Shown: piece by piece, positions 17,278 through 26,388 of the stretch | Position numbering within the stretch: position 1 is the first letter of the stretch | How the letters are laid out: each line of letters opens with the position of its first letter | Source: Verrucomicrobiota bacterium | GTDB lineage: Bacteria > Verrucomicrobiota > Verrucomicrobiia > Opitutales > JABDGR01 | Length of the DNA: 58,591 bases | Assembly: GCA_013285985.1 (NCBI GenBank) | Contig: JABDGR010000002.1 | Span: 1-58,591 of the forward strand | Direction of reading: 5' to 3' | Notes under the pieces: model-generated | Database searches by the model: none | Seen by the model: the letters and a program-made list of their open reading frames with translations, nothing else | Told to the model about the DNA's origin: nothing | Translations under genes and position numbers: made by a program

Positions 17278-18618
17278 ATGAAAACCAAATTTTTCGGCCT
17301 GATTCTGGCCGTGCTGTTATTTGGCCCGGATTTGGCCCGGGCGGACCTGCATCTGGTTTTTGACATTATCGAGGATGAGGATGTGCCCGCGCAGAACGAC
17401 GGAAAGACGCCACCCAGCCACACCAGCCGCAAGCTGCATGCCAAGGTTTTCCTGGGCAGCAACTACATTGATGAAGAGAGCGAGGAAGGCCGCACGCTAA
17501 TTGATTTTAGCGGCCTGAAATTTTATGGGTTATTTTCCAAGGACAAAACCTATGCGGCTTATTCGCTTTACTCCATTGTTGGATTCCGTGTGCAAGAGCT
17601 GCAGAACCGCCTCTCACTGGCAAAAGTCCTGTCCGCCGCAGCGGTCAAAGATGTCACCATGGGGGGAAGGTATGCGGAAAATGAACTTTCAATCCGTGCG
17701 CCCGACAGCCCCTCGTTGCCGCCGCCGGTCGCTTCCGACACCACGCTCACTTACGCCCTCGAGGGCAAACCGTTGTTCTCCCGTACCAGCGACGGCCAAA
17801 AACTTAATGCAACTGAAGCGGCGCAATTCGTGCGGTTCATCCGCTATCAATGCGGCCTGCACCCGGACATACTTGATGCCTGGCAAAAAGCAGCCACGTT
17901 GCCGAGCCACTTTGACATTTACCACTATGGCCCGGCGATCATTCACCAACAATTTTCTCTTTTGAGTTTCGACCGGGTGGAACACAAATTTTCTCCGCTG
18001 GAACAATTGGCCGGACTGAAAGAGGTGGACGTCCCGGCGCTAGCTCTTTGCGCGAAGGCCAACACGCTTGATCACGCACAGTACTCTGCCCGTTGCGACG
18101 ACTTGAAAAACTTGGCGGTGGCCGAGGCCAAGGCGGGACATAATCTTGATGCCGTCCTGTTGTTCCTCTCATACACCTTGGCCACAGGGCAGCAAATGCC
18201 GCCGGAATTTTCCACTTACCGTGATGCCCTGACACAGGACCGTGATGCCGCGTTGCTCATCAAGTCAATAACGCCGAAAAATGAAGAGGAAGGCAGGGCG
18301 GCAATCACCGTGTTGAGTTCTCTCGAGATGAAAGCGAAGTCGGGCAAAGTTTTCTTAAACATATACGAGGCCAACATTTTAGACCATCTTGGACAAGCCG
18401 ACGATGCAGTAAAGCTGCTCATAGCAGTTCTCAATGAACATCCTTACATGGTTGGAGTCTGGCACGATCTCGGCGACCTCTATTACAAGCGTTTTGCACC
18501 TGGCGAAGCTTGGGCATGCTGGGATGCCGGTCGTCGACTCTTGCCAACTCATCCGCTTTTCAAAGATGTGGACGACTTTGAAAAATCACTGAAAACGCAA
18601 CATCCGGAGTACTTTTAA
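17278..18618 (+). CDS. hypothetical secreted protein with TPR-like C-terminus
   Basis: ATG at 17278 gives the signal peptide MKTKFFGLILAVLLFGPDLARA. No family recognised. The C-terminal ~120 aa is helical-repeat-like (GQADDAVKLLIAVLNEHPYMVGVWHDLGDLYYK). Confidence 0.6.
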   Translation: MKTKFFGLILAVLLFGPDLARADLHLVFDIIEDEDVPAQNDGKTPPSHTSRKLHAKVFLGSNYIDEESEEGRTLIDFSGLKFYGLFSKDKTYAAYSLYSIVGFRVQELQNRLSLAKVLSAAAVKDVTMGGRYAENELSIRAPDSPSLPPPVASDTTLTYALEGKPLFSRTSDGQKLNATEAAQFVRFIRYQCGLHPDILDAWQKAATLPSHFDIYHYGPAIIHQQFSLLSFDRVEHKFSPLEQLAGLKEVDVPALALCAKANTLDHAQYSARCDDLKNLAVAEAKAGHNLDAVLLFLSYTLATGQQMPPEFSTYRDALTQDRDAALLIKSITPKNEEEGRAAITVLSSLEMKAKSGKVFLNIYEANILDHLGQADDAVKLLIAVLNEHPYMVGVWHDLGDLYYKRFAPGEAWACWDAGRRLLPTHPLFKDVDDFEKSLKTQHPEYF

Positions 18619-18662
18619 CCAAGCTTGCGGTTGACCACACCGAGACTACTGGCAGCAGGCTT

Positions 18663-20189
18663 TTACTTCACCACCGCAAGGTAGGCTTTCAACCGCGCAG
18701 CCATGCTGGCGCCGATGCCCGGGGTCTCGGCCAGTTCTTCCGCGGTTGCGGAGCGGAGGCGGGTGAGGTTCTTGAATTTTTTAAACAGAGCAGCTTGGCG
18801 CTTTTCGCCGAGGCCGGAGAAATCATCGAGCAGGCTTTCACGGATTTTTTTCGAGCGCAATTTCGCGTTGTAGGTGTTGGCAAAGCGGTGGGCTTCGTCG
18901 CGCAGGCGCTGTAGGAGCTGGAGGGCGGGCGAGTGCGGCGGCAATTTCAACCCGGCACGCTCATCGGGGAACACGATCGTTTCTTCACGTTTGGCCAGAC
19001 CAATAAAAGGCGGGGGCGTGAGTTCGAGGGCGAGAAAGGCCTTGAGCGCGGCGTGCACCTGCCCCTTGCCGCCGTCGATGACGAGCAAATCCGGGAAAGA
19101 CTTTTGCTCGCGGTGCAAGCGCCCGTAGCGCCGGCCCACGACCTGCTCCATCGCGCGGAAATCATCGTTGTGGATGTCGCCGCGGATGCGGAAGAGGCGG
19201 TAGCCGGATTTATCGGGTGCGCCATTCACAAAGCGGGCCATGGCGGCGACGACGAACTCGCCCGAGATGTGCGAGATGTCGAAGCATTCGAGCGTGCGTG
19301 GCGGCGCGGGCAGTTTCAGTGCGGCACCCAGTTCGCGCGCGCCTTCGGCGGCCTGGGGGTTTTTTAACCGCGGAGAGCGCCGGAAGGTCCGGTCACGCGT
19401 GGTGTTGGCGGTAGTCAGCTCGACGGCCTGGAGCAGGTCGCGTAATTCCGCGGCGCGCTCGAACTGGCGCTTCTCGGCGGCGGCGAGCATCTTGCCGTGC
19501 AAATCAGCCAGCCAGACGCGGGCCTTGCCTTCAAGAAAATCGGTGGCCGCTTGTAGGCGCGCGGCATAATCGGCTTGGGTAATTTCATTCGCCTGGCCGT
19601 AGATTTCCGCGCGGGCGTCGTCGTAAAGGCGGTAAAGTTCGCCGCCAGCAATCGGGGTGGGCGCGGAGGTGTCGCCCAGCAAAATGCCAAATTGCTTGCG
19701 CATTTCGGCGAGGGTGCGGCGCAGCAGGCCGCCGTTCGCAAACGGGCCGAAGTAGCGCGCGCCGTCCTCCCGGCGCAAGCGGGTGAGCCGGAAGCGCGGG
19801 AAGGCCTCGCGCGCATCCAGGCGCACGAGCAGGAACCGTTTGTCGTCCACAAAGTCGGTGTTATATTTGGGCCGCCAGTCCTTGATGAGCTTGCCTTCGA
19901 GCAGCAGCGCCTCGGTTTCCGTGCGCACCTCGACGATGTCCAGGTCGCGGACAAGTGAAACCATCGCGGCAATTTTGGGCTGCTCGAAATGGGTGCGGCG
20001 ACCGCGCTGAAAATACGAAGAGACGCGCTTCTTCAAATCCCGGGCCTTGCCGATGTATAAAATGGAACCAAAACGGTCTTTCATCAGGTAAACCCCTGGT
20101 CGATGCGGCAGCTGGCGCAGTTTTTCTTTCAGGCGCGAGGGAGGGGTTGACCGCGGGGACGCACTTTCCTGCTGGGGATTATCAACCAT
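18663..20189 (-). CDS. uvrC: excinuclease ABC subunit C
   Basis: GIY-YIG motif GVYLMKDRFGSILYIGKARDLKKRVSSYF, the UvrC central endonuclease region and a C-terminal (HhH)2 region. ATG at 20189 (track TTG at 20237). Confidence 0.93.
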   Translation of the reverse strand: MVDNPQQESASPRSTPPSRLKEKLRQLPHRPGVYLMKDRFGSILYIGKARDLKKRVSSYFQRGRRTHFEQPKIAAMVSLVRDLDIVEVRTETEALLLEGKLIKDWRPKYNTDFVDDKRFLLVRLDAREAFPRFRLTRLRREDGARYFGPFANGGLLRRTLAEMRKQFGILLGDTSAPTPIAGGELYRLYDDARAEIYGQANEITQADYAARLQAATDFLEGKARVWLADLHGKMLAAAEKRQFERAAELRDLLQAVELTTANTTRDRTFRRSPRLKNPQAAEGARELGAALKLPAPPRTLECFDISHISGEFVVAAMARFVNGAPDKSGYRLFRIRGDIHNDDFRAMEQVVGRRYGRLHREQKSFPDLLVIDGGKGQVHAALKAFLALELTPPPFIGLAKREETIVFPDERAGLKLPPHSPALQLLQRLRDEAHRFANTYNAKLRSKKIRESLLDDFSGLGEKRQAALFKKFKNLTRLRSATAEELAETPGIGASMAARLKAYLAVVK

Positions 20190-20276
20190 GATGCAATTTC
20201 CGGCAGAATTTTCAGGCGCGGCTGATGCAGGTGGCAAACGGAATCAAACTTTCAACTTGCAGGGACGGCTCTTTGA

Positions 20277-21197
20277 CTAAAACTTTTGCGTGCGCAGCCA
20301 GGCGATGCATTGGGGGGCCCAGGCGTCCGTGAGGCCGAAGCCGTGTCCGCCGTAGGAACCGCGCAGATAGACAACCGGCACATTGTTCTTCTCCAAGGCG
20401 GCCACATAGACGTCAGAATTGGCGATGGGTACCGTGGTGTCGGCGACGGAATGGACGATGAATGCCGGCGGATTGTTGGGCGCGACTTGTTTTTCGCCGC
20501 TCAGCAAGGTTTTCAAATCATCCGGCGCGTTCGGGCCCAGGAGGTTGTCCCGCGAGCGTTGGTGGGCGATGGCGTCGTCGCTCATCGAAATGACGGGGTA
20601 GAGCAGGATTTGCAAATCCGGCCGCGAACTCGCGCGATCAATAAAGTCCGCGGCCTTTGGATCGCCTTCGTCAAAATGGGTGGCGAGAGTGCTCACGAGG
20701 TGCCCGCCGGCGGAAAAGCCAATCACGCCGATGTGGTTCGGGTCAATTTTCCACGCGGGTGCGTAGGTGCGCACAAAGCGAACGGCCCGCTGGCCGTCGA
20801 GCATTTCCGCCGGATGGTGGTAATTGGCCGAGCCGAGGCGGTATTTGACGACAAATGCGGCAATGCCATTGCTCGCCAGCCATTGGGCAATTTTGGTGCC
20901 CTCTTTATCCGCAGCGAGAGTCGCATAACTGCCGCCGGGAAAGACAACCAAGGCTCCGCCGGTGGCCTTGGCCGGGTCGGGCACAAAAGCCTGAATTGTC
21001 GGAATGTCCTGCACCGGGTCCTGGCCGTGCTGGAGGGGCGCGTCGCCCGCCCACATCCGGAAAATCTGTTTGTCTTGCAGCGGCGGCGTGGTTGCGGCGG
21101 CAGTGGTGGTGGCCGACGCGGTGGCCGTGGCTGGGGAATCGGCAGCGGACATAAATGGAGTGGCGAGCAAAAAGAAAATAGCGGGGAATGGCTTCAT
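20277..21197 (-). CDS. alpha/beta hydrolase (esterase/lipase-type)
   Basis: Nucleophile elbow GVIGFSAGGHL. ATG at 21197 gives the signal-like MKPFPAIFFLLATPFMSA. Confidence 0.8.
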   Translation of the reverse strand: MKPFPAIFFLLATPFMSAADSPATATASATTTAAATTPPLQDKQIFRMWAGDAPLQHGQDPVQDIPTIQAFVPDPAKATGGALVVFPGGSYATLAADKEGTKIAQWLASNGIAAFVVKYRLGSANYHHPAEMLDGQRAVRFVRTYAPAWKIDPNHIGVIGFSAGGHLVSTLATHFDEGDPKAADFIDRASSRPDLQILLYPVISMSDDAIAHQRSRDNLLGPNAPDDLKTLLSGEKQVAPNNPPAFIVHSVADTTVPIANSDVYVAALEKNNVPVVYLRGSYGGHGFGLTDAWAPQCIAWLRTQKF

Positions 21198-21397
21198 AAA
21201 CACATGGGGGTGAGGGGCAATTCCTAACCACCGCCTGGCAACGCTGGCAATGGCAAAAGGCTCCGCTGGCATGATGTGCGTTCAGGACCGGCGATTTTGC
21301 GGAGTTTGCTTTTGGGTTGCGAGGCGCTGGCGGCCGCGCTTTGTTAGTCCACCCTTTGGTTATTCGCCGCCCCAACCGTCAGTTTACCCCCTGTGCC

Positions 21398-23203
21398 ATG
21401 AATGTTTCGTCGTTGTTGAAAATCCGGATTATCTTATTGCTGGTGTTGGCCGGGTCGGCCGGCCCCCGGTTACCTGCCCAAACTGCCGCCACGCCGAGCG
21501 CGGAGGTTAAAGACATCCACGTTGCCGCCGCAGGCTTTGCCATGGGCTCGGCAAACTTGATTGAAGATGTGCCGGCGAATCCGTACCCGTTCAACCAGGC
21601 GGCGGTAAAACAAGGGACGGACGTGGCCAAGCTCGGGCCGGATCCGAAAGTTCCGTATTTCACCGTGCGGTTTGCGTTGCCCGTGCCGCCCAGCACCTCG
21701 CGGAGCGGCGAGATACAGCTGACAGGGATGGACCCGGGGGTGTTCGAGCACAATCACTCGCCCGGTTTCGAAATCCTGCCCAATGGCGATTCTCTCGCGA
21801 TTTATTTCAGCACGCCGCGCGGCGAAAGCGAAAGCGCGAATACGACCACGTTCATTCAGGCGCGGCTGCGCTATGGAGCGGAGGAATGGGACATGCCGGA
21901 GCTTTTCATGGACTTCAAGGGCATCAACGACCAGTCGGGGCTGATGTGGAAGGACGGCAGCAAGGTGTGGTTTTTCGGCGGTGGACGCGGCGACGATCTG
22001 CGACTGCCCTTTAAAATTGCGACGACGACGGACAACGGGATGACCTGGGCGTTGTCGCTGCCAAAACTCGACGAACCGGCGAAGGATTTTACCGCCCAGC
22101 CGATTACCAGCGCGTTCCGGGCGGCGGATGGAGCGATCTATTTTGCGATGGACGGCGCCAAGTCCCAGAGTTTTTTGTGGCGCAGCAAGGACGACGGCGT
22201 GCACTGGCAGCAAATGGAAGGTCGCACGAGCGCGCGCCATTCACCCATTGTCCCGCTGGATGACAAGGGCAACTTGTTGTCTTTTGGCGGCAAAAACACG
22301 AGCATCAACGGCTGGGCGCCGGTCAGTTACTCCAAGGATTGGGGCGCAACCTGGACCAAAGGCGTGGCTTCCCCGTTTCCGGCGTTAAATAGCGGGCAGC
22401 GGCCCAGCATGATCCGGTTGGCGGATGGAAATCTTTTGTTCGTGAGCGACGATTACAATTTGAAGGCGCGGCAGCCGCCGCCCGACGGCTGGACCTATGG
22501 TCAGGGTTGTTTCGTGGCCATTTCGAAGGACAACGGCGCGAATTGGGCCTTCAAGCGCCTCCCGGTCGAAGTCCCATCCGAGGACGGCGGACAATTCGGC
22601 ACGCTGGGTTATGTAACGGCCCGGCAGGCGCCGAACGGCGTGATTCATGTGCTAAGCACGAAGACGCTGCCCTGCCTGGAGTACGAGTTCAACGAGGCCT
22701 GGATTTCTTCGAATGCCGGCGACATTGCGCCGGAAACAACTGGCGGCACCGTCAAACAATACTCCGAAAAATACGCCAACGGCAAAGTGCGCGCGGAATG
22801 GAGCGCGCGCATATGCCCGAACGGCCGCTACTTATTGGATGGCATGGAAACGGATTACTATGAAAACGGGCACAAGGAGCACGAGGTGACTTACGCAAGC
22901 GGACGTAAAACCGGCGAGGAAACTTTCTGGTCACCCGAAGGCACAAAACTGTGGAGCTGGACCCATGATTTGAAAAACAACACTGCGGTATGGGCGCATT
23001 ATTGGAGCAACGGGCTGAAGCGAAACGAGTCCAGTTGGGATGCGCGGCCGCTGGCGCGCGATCTTCCGCGCAATTTTGTGGGTTATGCCGCCAACGGCCC
23101 GGTTTACCAGTGGAAGGAGGATGGCAGCCCGGAGTTTGCCTATAATTTTACCGAGGGGTTTTACACGAGTGATTTGCCCTTGCCGAAGGCGCAGGCTAAA
23201 TGA
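21398..23203 (+). CDS. BNR/Asp-box (sialidase-like) beta-propeller protein with C-terminal MORN/YwqK-like repeats
   Basis: ATG at 21398 with a signal peptide. Four Asp-boxes (TTDNGMTW, SKDDGVHW, SKDWGATW, SKDNGANW). The C-terminus reads YYENGHKEHEVTYASGRKTGEETFWSPEGTKLW. Confidence 0.75.
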   Translation: MNVSSLLKIRIILLLVLAGSAGPRLPAQTAATPSAEVKDIHVAAAGFAMGSANLIEDVPANPYPFNQAAVKQGTDVAKLGPDPKVPYFTVRFALPVPPSTSRSGEIQLTGMDPGVFEHNHSPGFEILPNGDSLAIYFSTPRGESESANTTTFIQARLRYGAEEWDMPELFMDFKGINDQSGLMWKDGSKVWFFGGGRGDDLRLPFKIATTTDNGMTWALSLPKLDEPAKDFTAQPITSAFRAADGAIYFAMDGAKSQSFLWRSKDDGVHWQQMEGRTSARHSPIVPLDDKGNLLSFGGKNTSINGWAPVSYSKDWGATWTKGVASPFPALNSGQRPSMIRLADGNLLFVSDDYNLKARQPPPDGWTYGQGCFVAISKDNGANWAFKRLPVEVPSEDGGQFGTLGYVTARQAPNGVIHVLSTKTLPCLEYEFNEAWISSNAGDIAPETTGGTVKQYSEKYANGKVRAEWSARICPNGRYLLDGMETDYYENGHKEHEVTYASGRKTGEETFWSPEGTKLWSWTHDLKNNTAVWAHYWSNGLKRNESSWDARPLARDLPRNFVGYAANGPVYQWKEDGSPEFAYNFTEGFYTSDLPLPKAQAK

Positions 23204-23231
23204 GGGCTCGCCGGCCTTTTAGATTCACACC

Positions 23232-24311
23232 CTAGTTTTTCACCGCGGCATCAGCCGGTTTGGCGGCAGTGCTTTTGACTGCATCCGCAGATTCGCCGGA
23301 GGCGGCGTTGTTTGCGACGCATTCCGCCGGGGCGGGCTTGACCGCTTTGCCCCGGGTCGAAAACATGCCGGCCAAGGGACAATCTTTCAGCGCCTTGAGT
23401 CCGCTCAACACGCACTCGGCATTAACCACCGCGCCATCCCAGCCGGTATGAAGGCCTTCGGGCCGGCCCCCGGTCTGCGCCGCAACTTCGGGGGTGGGCA
23501 TATAGTAGAGATCCACTTGAGCGCGGCCAACGGACTCGTATTTGCGCGCGATGAGTTCGTAAAGGTCGATGAAGGGCGCGTTAACTTCCTTGGCAGCTTC
23601 GGCGGCCCAGGCGGCGTGGGTTGTGTTGTCGCGGCGAAAATGCTGTTCATCCACCCAATTTTTGCGCGGCGTGAGGGAACAAATGATGCAGGTGCCGCCT
23701 TGGGCGCGTGTTTCCTTGACGAACTGTTTGAGATACCAGCCAAAGGTGTGGAGCGTGGCGGGTTGGCCGCTGCGATCGGTGACCTCCTGAGTTTCGTCGC
23801 CCGTTCCGCGCAAGTCGGCCCCGCCATTGTCATTGGCCCCAAATTGCAGGATGACAAAGTCGCCCTTCTTGATTTGCGGCTGCAGATTTTTCCAAAAGAA
23901 ACCTTCGTAAAAACTGCGCGCGCTCGTGCCGCCGTAGGCGCGGTTGACCACGTTGACTTTTTTGATGTCGAAATAATAGGTGAGTGGGGCGCCCCAGCCC
24001 CACTGGTTCATGTTGCCCACGCCGTCGCCAAGGGTGCCATTGCGCACGGTCGAGTCGCCGATGAGCCACAGCGTCGGCAGTTTTGGGTCGGCGGGTACGG
24101 GCGGGAAGTAGCGGCCATTGCCCGGTGCGCCCGGCACGGCGAGTTTGCCCATTTGGGCGGCGCGGAAATATTCGAGCGGCACTTCGTCCGGCGTCGGGGC
24201 GGGTGTGGAAGCCGTGCCGGGCACCGGCGTTGACGTGGATCCGGAACCGGCGTTTTGGGCGGAGGCCGTTGCCACGCAGAGCAACCCAAGGAGAAAAAGA
24301 AGATTCTTCAT
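23232..24311 (-). CDS. SGNH/GDSL hydrolase, rhamnogalacturonan acetylesterase-like (CE12-like)
   Basis: Block I LWLIGDSTVRNG, block II AYGGTSARSF and block III QFGANDN, with a signal peptide. Confidence 0.85.
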   Translation of the reverse strand: MKNLLFLLGLLCVATASAQNAGSGSTSTPVPGTASTPAPTPDEVPLEYFRAAQMGKLAVPGAPGNGRYFPPVPADPKLPTLWLIGDSTVRNGTLGDGVGNMNQWGWGAPLTYYFDIKKVNVVNRAYGGTSARSFYEGFFWKNLQPQIKKGDFVILQFGANDNGGADLRGTGDETQEVTDRSGQPATLHTFGWYLKQFVKETRAQGGTCIICSLTPRKNWVDEQHFRRDNTTHAAWAAEAAKEVNAPFIDLYELIARKYESVGRAQVDLYYMPTPEVAAQTGGRPEGLHTGWDGAVVNAECVLSGLKALKDCPLAGMFSTRGKAVKPAPAECVANNAASGESADAVKSTAAKPADAAVKN

Positions 24312-24335
24312 GGAAAGGATTCAGGCTGGGGATAA

Positions 24336-26153
24336 TTACTGTGCGGGCGCGGGCGTTTGCTTGCGCGCGGCGGCGGCATTAGCGGCCGATTCGGCGGTCG
24401 AAGTGCCATCGAGTGCGGGGTTGGCCGGATCTGCCGCAGGGATTGCCTGACCACGGGCGGAAAAATATGTCGCCAAGGGGTCGTCCTTCAGCATTTTCAA
24501 ACCGCCGATGACAGATTCAGCGTTGATAATCGCTCCATACCAATCGGTGTGGGTGTGCTCTGAAGGCATAGGCACAAAAAGCGGTTCAACTTTGTCCGGC
24601 CCAAGTTCGTTATATTTGCGGGCGGTGATGGCGTTGAGGTCGATAAATGGCACGCTTTCGGCCTTGGCCACGTCACCGGCCCAATCGGCATAGGAAAAAT
24701 AGCCGGCGTTGGAGCGGATGATTTTCCCATTTTCCCAGATTTTGCGCGGGATGAGCGAGCAGATGATGGGCGTCGCCCCCTGGGCTTTGGTTTCCTCGGC
24801 GAATTTTTTCAGGTACCAGCCGAAGGTGTGGACGGTTTCTGGCTGGCCGCTGCGGCCGGTCACCTCCTGGGTTTCGTTGCCGGTGCCGTTGAGCGAACCG
24901 ATAGTGACGTTCGCGCCAGTCAGATCGCCGTTTTTGTCATTGTGGCCGAACTGGATCATCACAAAGTCGCCCTTCTTTACATTTGCGAGCACGCCGGGCC
25001 AATTGTTGTTGAAAAAAGTCCGGCTGCTCGTGCCACCGAGGGCACGGTTGACGACATTAATTTTGGCGAGGTCGAAATAATATTCAATCGGTGCGCCCCA
25101 ACCCCACTGGTTCAGGTTTCTTCCATCGCCTCCACCATTGCGCACGGTCGAGTCGCCGACAATCCATAGCGTGGGCAGCACCGGGTTGACAGGCAGCACG
25201 TTTGCGCCCTGGCCCAGCAGGGCCGTCGGTGTATTCATCATTACGCGCGGGCCTTCATTGTTGGCGACGTATTTTGCGTCGGCGGTTTCGATGGTCTGCC
25301 CCTCGGTCGAGAGCATCGCGGTGAAGGGGCTGCTTTTAAAAGCCTTGAGGCCGGAGACGATGATTTTGGCCACAAGGTCGGCGCCGGCGGGAGTGGTGTG
25401 GTTATGGTCGAGGTAGTTGACCATGATTTTTTCCCGACCAATTTTATCGTATTGGTCGCCTTCGAGGCTGGTCAGATCCAATACCGGCAGGTGAAACTTC
25501 GTGCCGACGGCCTTCGTCCACTCGGGATATTTGCCCCAGTTGGCGCGATCAATTTTATCTTCCGCAGTCGTATAACCCTCTTGTTGGCTGATGATGGCGG
25601 CGTCTTTGAAAGTGGCTTTGGGGTTGGTCCAGATGTCGCGGGCGGTAACCGTAAGCAAATAGACATGGGCATCTTTCGCTTGAGCGTCCGTGGCCATTTT
25701 GGACATATACCAGCCGTAGGTGTGTGCCGACGAAGTTTGCCGGCTGCGAGCATCCGTGCGCTCATGAAGGTCATCGTCGAATCCACCGGGCGTGGCCAAA
25801 CCGCCGTCGTTGATGCCAAAGACAATGAGCACATAATCGCCGACTTTGATCTGTGGCAGAACATTTGGCCAGTCGCCGTTATAATACGTAAGGCTCGAAG
25901 TGCCGGCATGGGCGACGTTTTTGATCGTCGCCTTCGCGGGGTCAAAATAGGCGGCAATGGCCGTGCCCCAGCCTTGGGCGCCCGGGCCGGTGTTTCTGGC
26001 CGTCGAGTCGCCGCAGACAAAAATACTGGGCACGGTTGCCGGTGCGGCGTCAGCGGAAGTCGCTGCCGCAGCGGGCAGCGCGACGAAGCTGACAAAAAAC
26101 GGCGCCAAAAAAATTAGCGGAAGACGGAATGGCCAAAAAGCGGGAACTTTCAT
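24336..26153 (-). CDS. tandem double SGNH/GDSL hydrolase (two CE12-like domains fused)
   Basis: Two GDS blocks: IFVCGDSTARN in the N-terminal domain and LWIVGDSTVRNGGGDG in the C-terminal domain. The C-terminal half is closely similar to the 23232..24311 product (NQWGWGAP, VHTFGWYLK). ATG at 26153 (track TTG at 26159). Confidence 0.85.
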   Translation of the reverse strand: MKVPAFWPFRLPLIFLAPFFVSFVALPAAAATSADAAPATVPSIFVCGDSTARNTGPGAQGWGTAIAAYFDPAKATIKNVAHAGTSSLTYYNGDWPNVLPQIKVGDYVLIVFGINDGGLATPGGFDDDLHERTDARSRQTSSAHTYGWYMSKMATDAQAKDAHVYLLTVTARDIWTNPKATFKDAAIISQQEGYTTAEDKIDRANWGKYPEWTKAVGTKFHLPVLDLTSLEGDQYDKIGREKIMVNYLDHNHTTPAGADLVAKIIVSGLKAFKSSPFTAMLSTEGQTIETADAKYVANNEGPRVMMNTPTALLGQGANVLPVNPVLPTLWIVGDSTVRNGGGDGRNLNQWGWGAPIEYYFDLAKINVVNRALGGTSSRTFFNNNWPGVLANVKKGDFVMIQFGHNDKNGDLTGANVTIGSLNGTGNETQEVTGRSGQPETVHTFGWYLKKFAEETKAQGATPIICSLIPRKIWENGKIIRSNAGYFSYADWAGDVAKAESVPFIDLNAITARKYNELGPDKVEPLFVPMPSEHTHTDWYGAIINAESVIGGLKMLKDDPLATYFSARGQAIPAADPANPALDGTSTAESAANAAAARKQTPAPAQ

Positions 26154-26388
26154 AACCAAGGGTGTGTGCTGGTGGGGTGGCGACTAAGAACGGAAGGTTC
26201 TTGAGCATGATGATATTTCCCGGACGAACAAGGCTATAGCGAATAGATTAAACCGAGGCGGGCGTAGGGCAGGCCGGAATAAGCAGCTTGGCAACCCTAC
26301 GTCATTCTGCCACTGGATTTTTCCGGGAATTGCTGTATATTATGCACTTGCAGTGCGTTCTCCTGGGCTCGCCGCAAAATATATATCC

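Noticed and set aside
26263-26301. A 7-bp inverted repeat (CGTAGGG ... CCCTACG) in the 229-bp divergent intergenic region upstream of cinA, considered as a riboswitch or sRNA.
   Set aside because: The stem is short, the loop is 25 nt, and I could recognise no conserved riboswitch core. It is compatible with chance or a simple operator.
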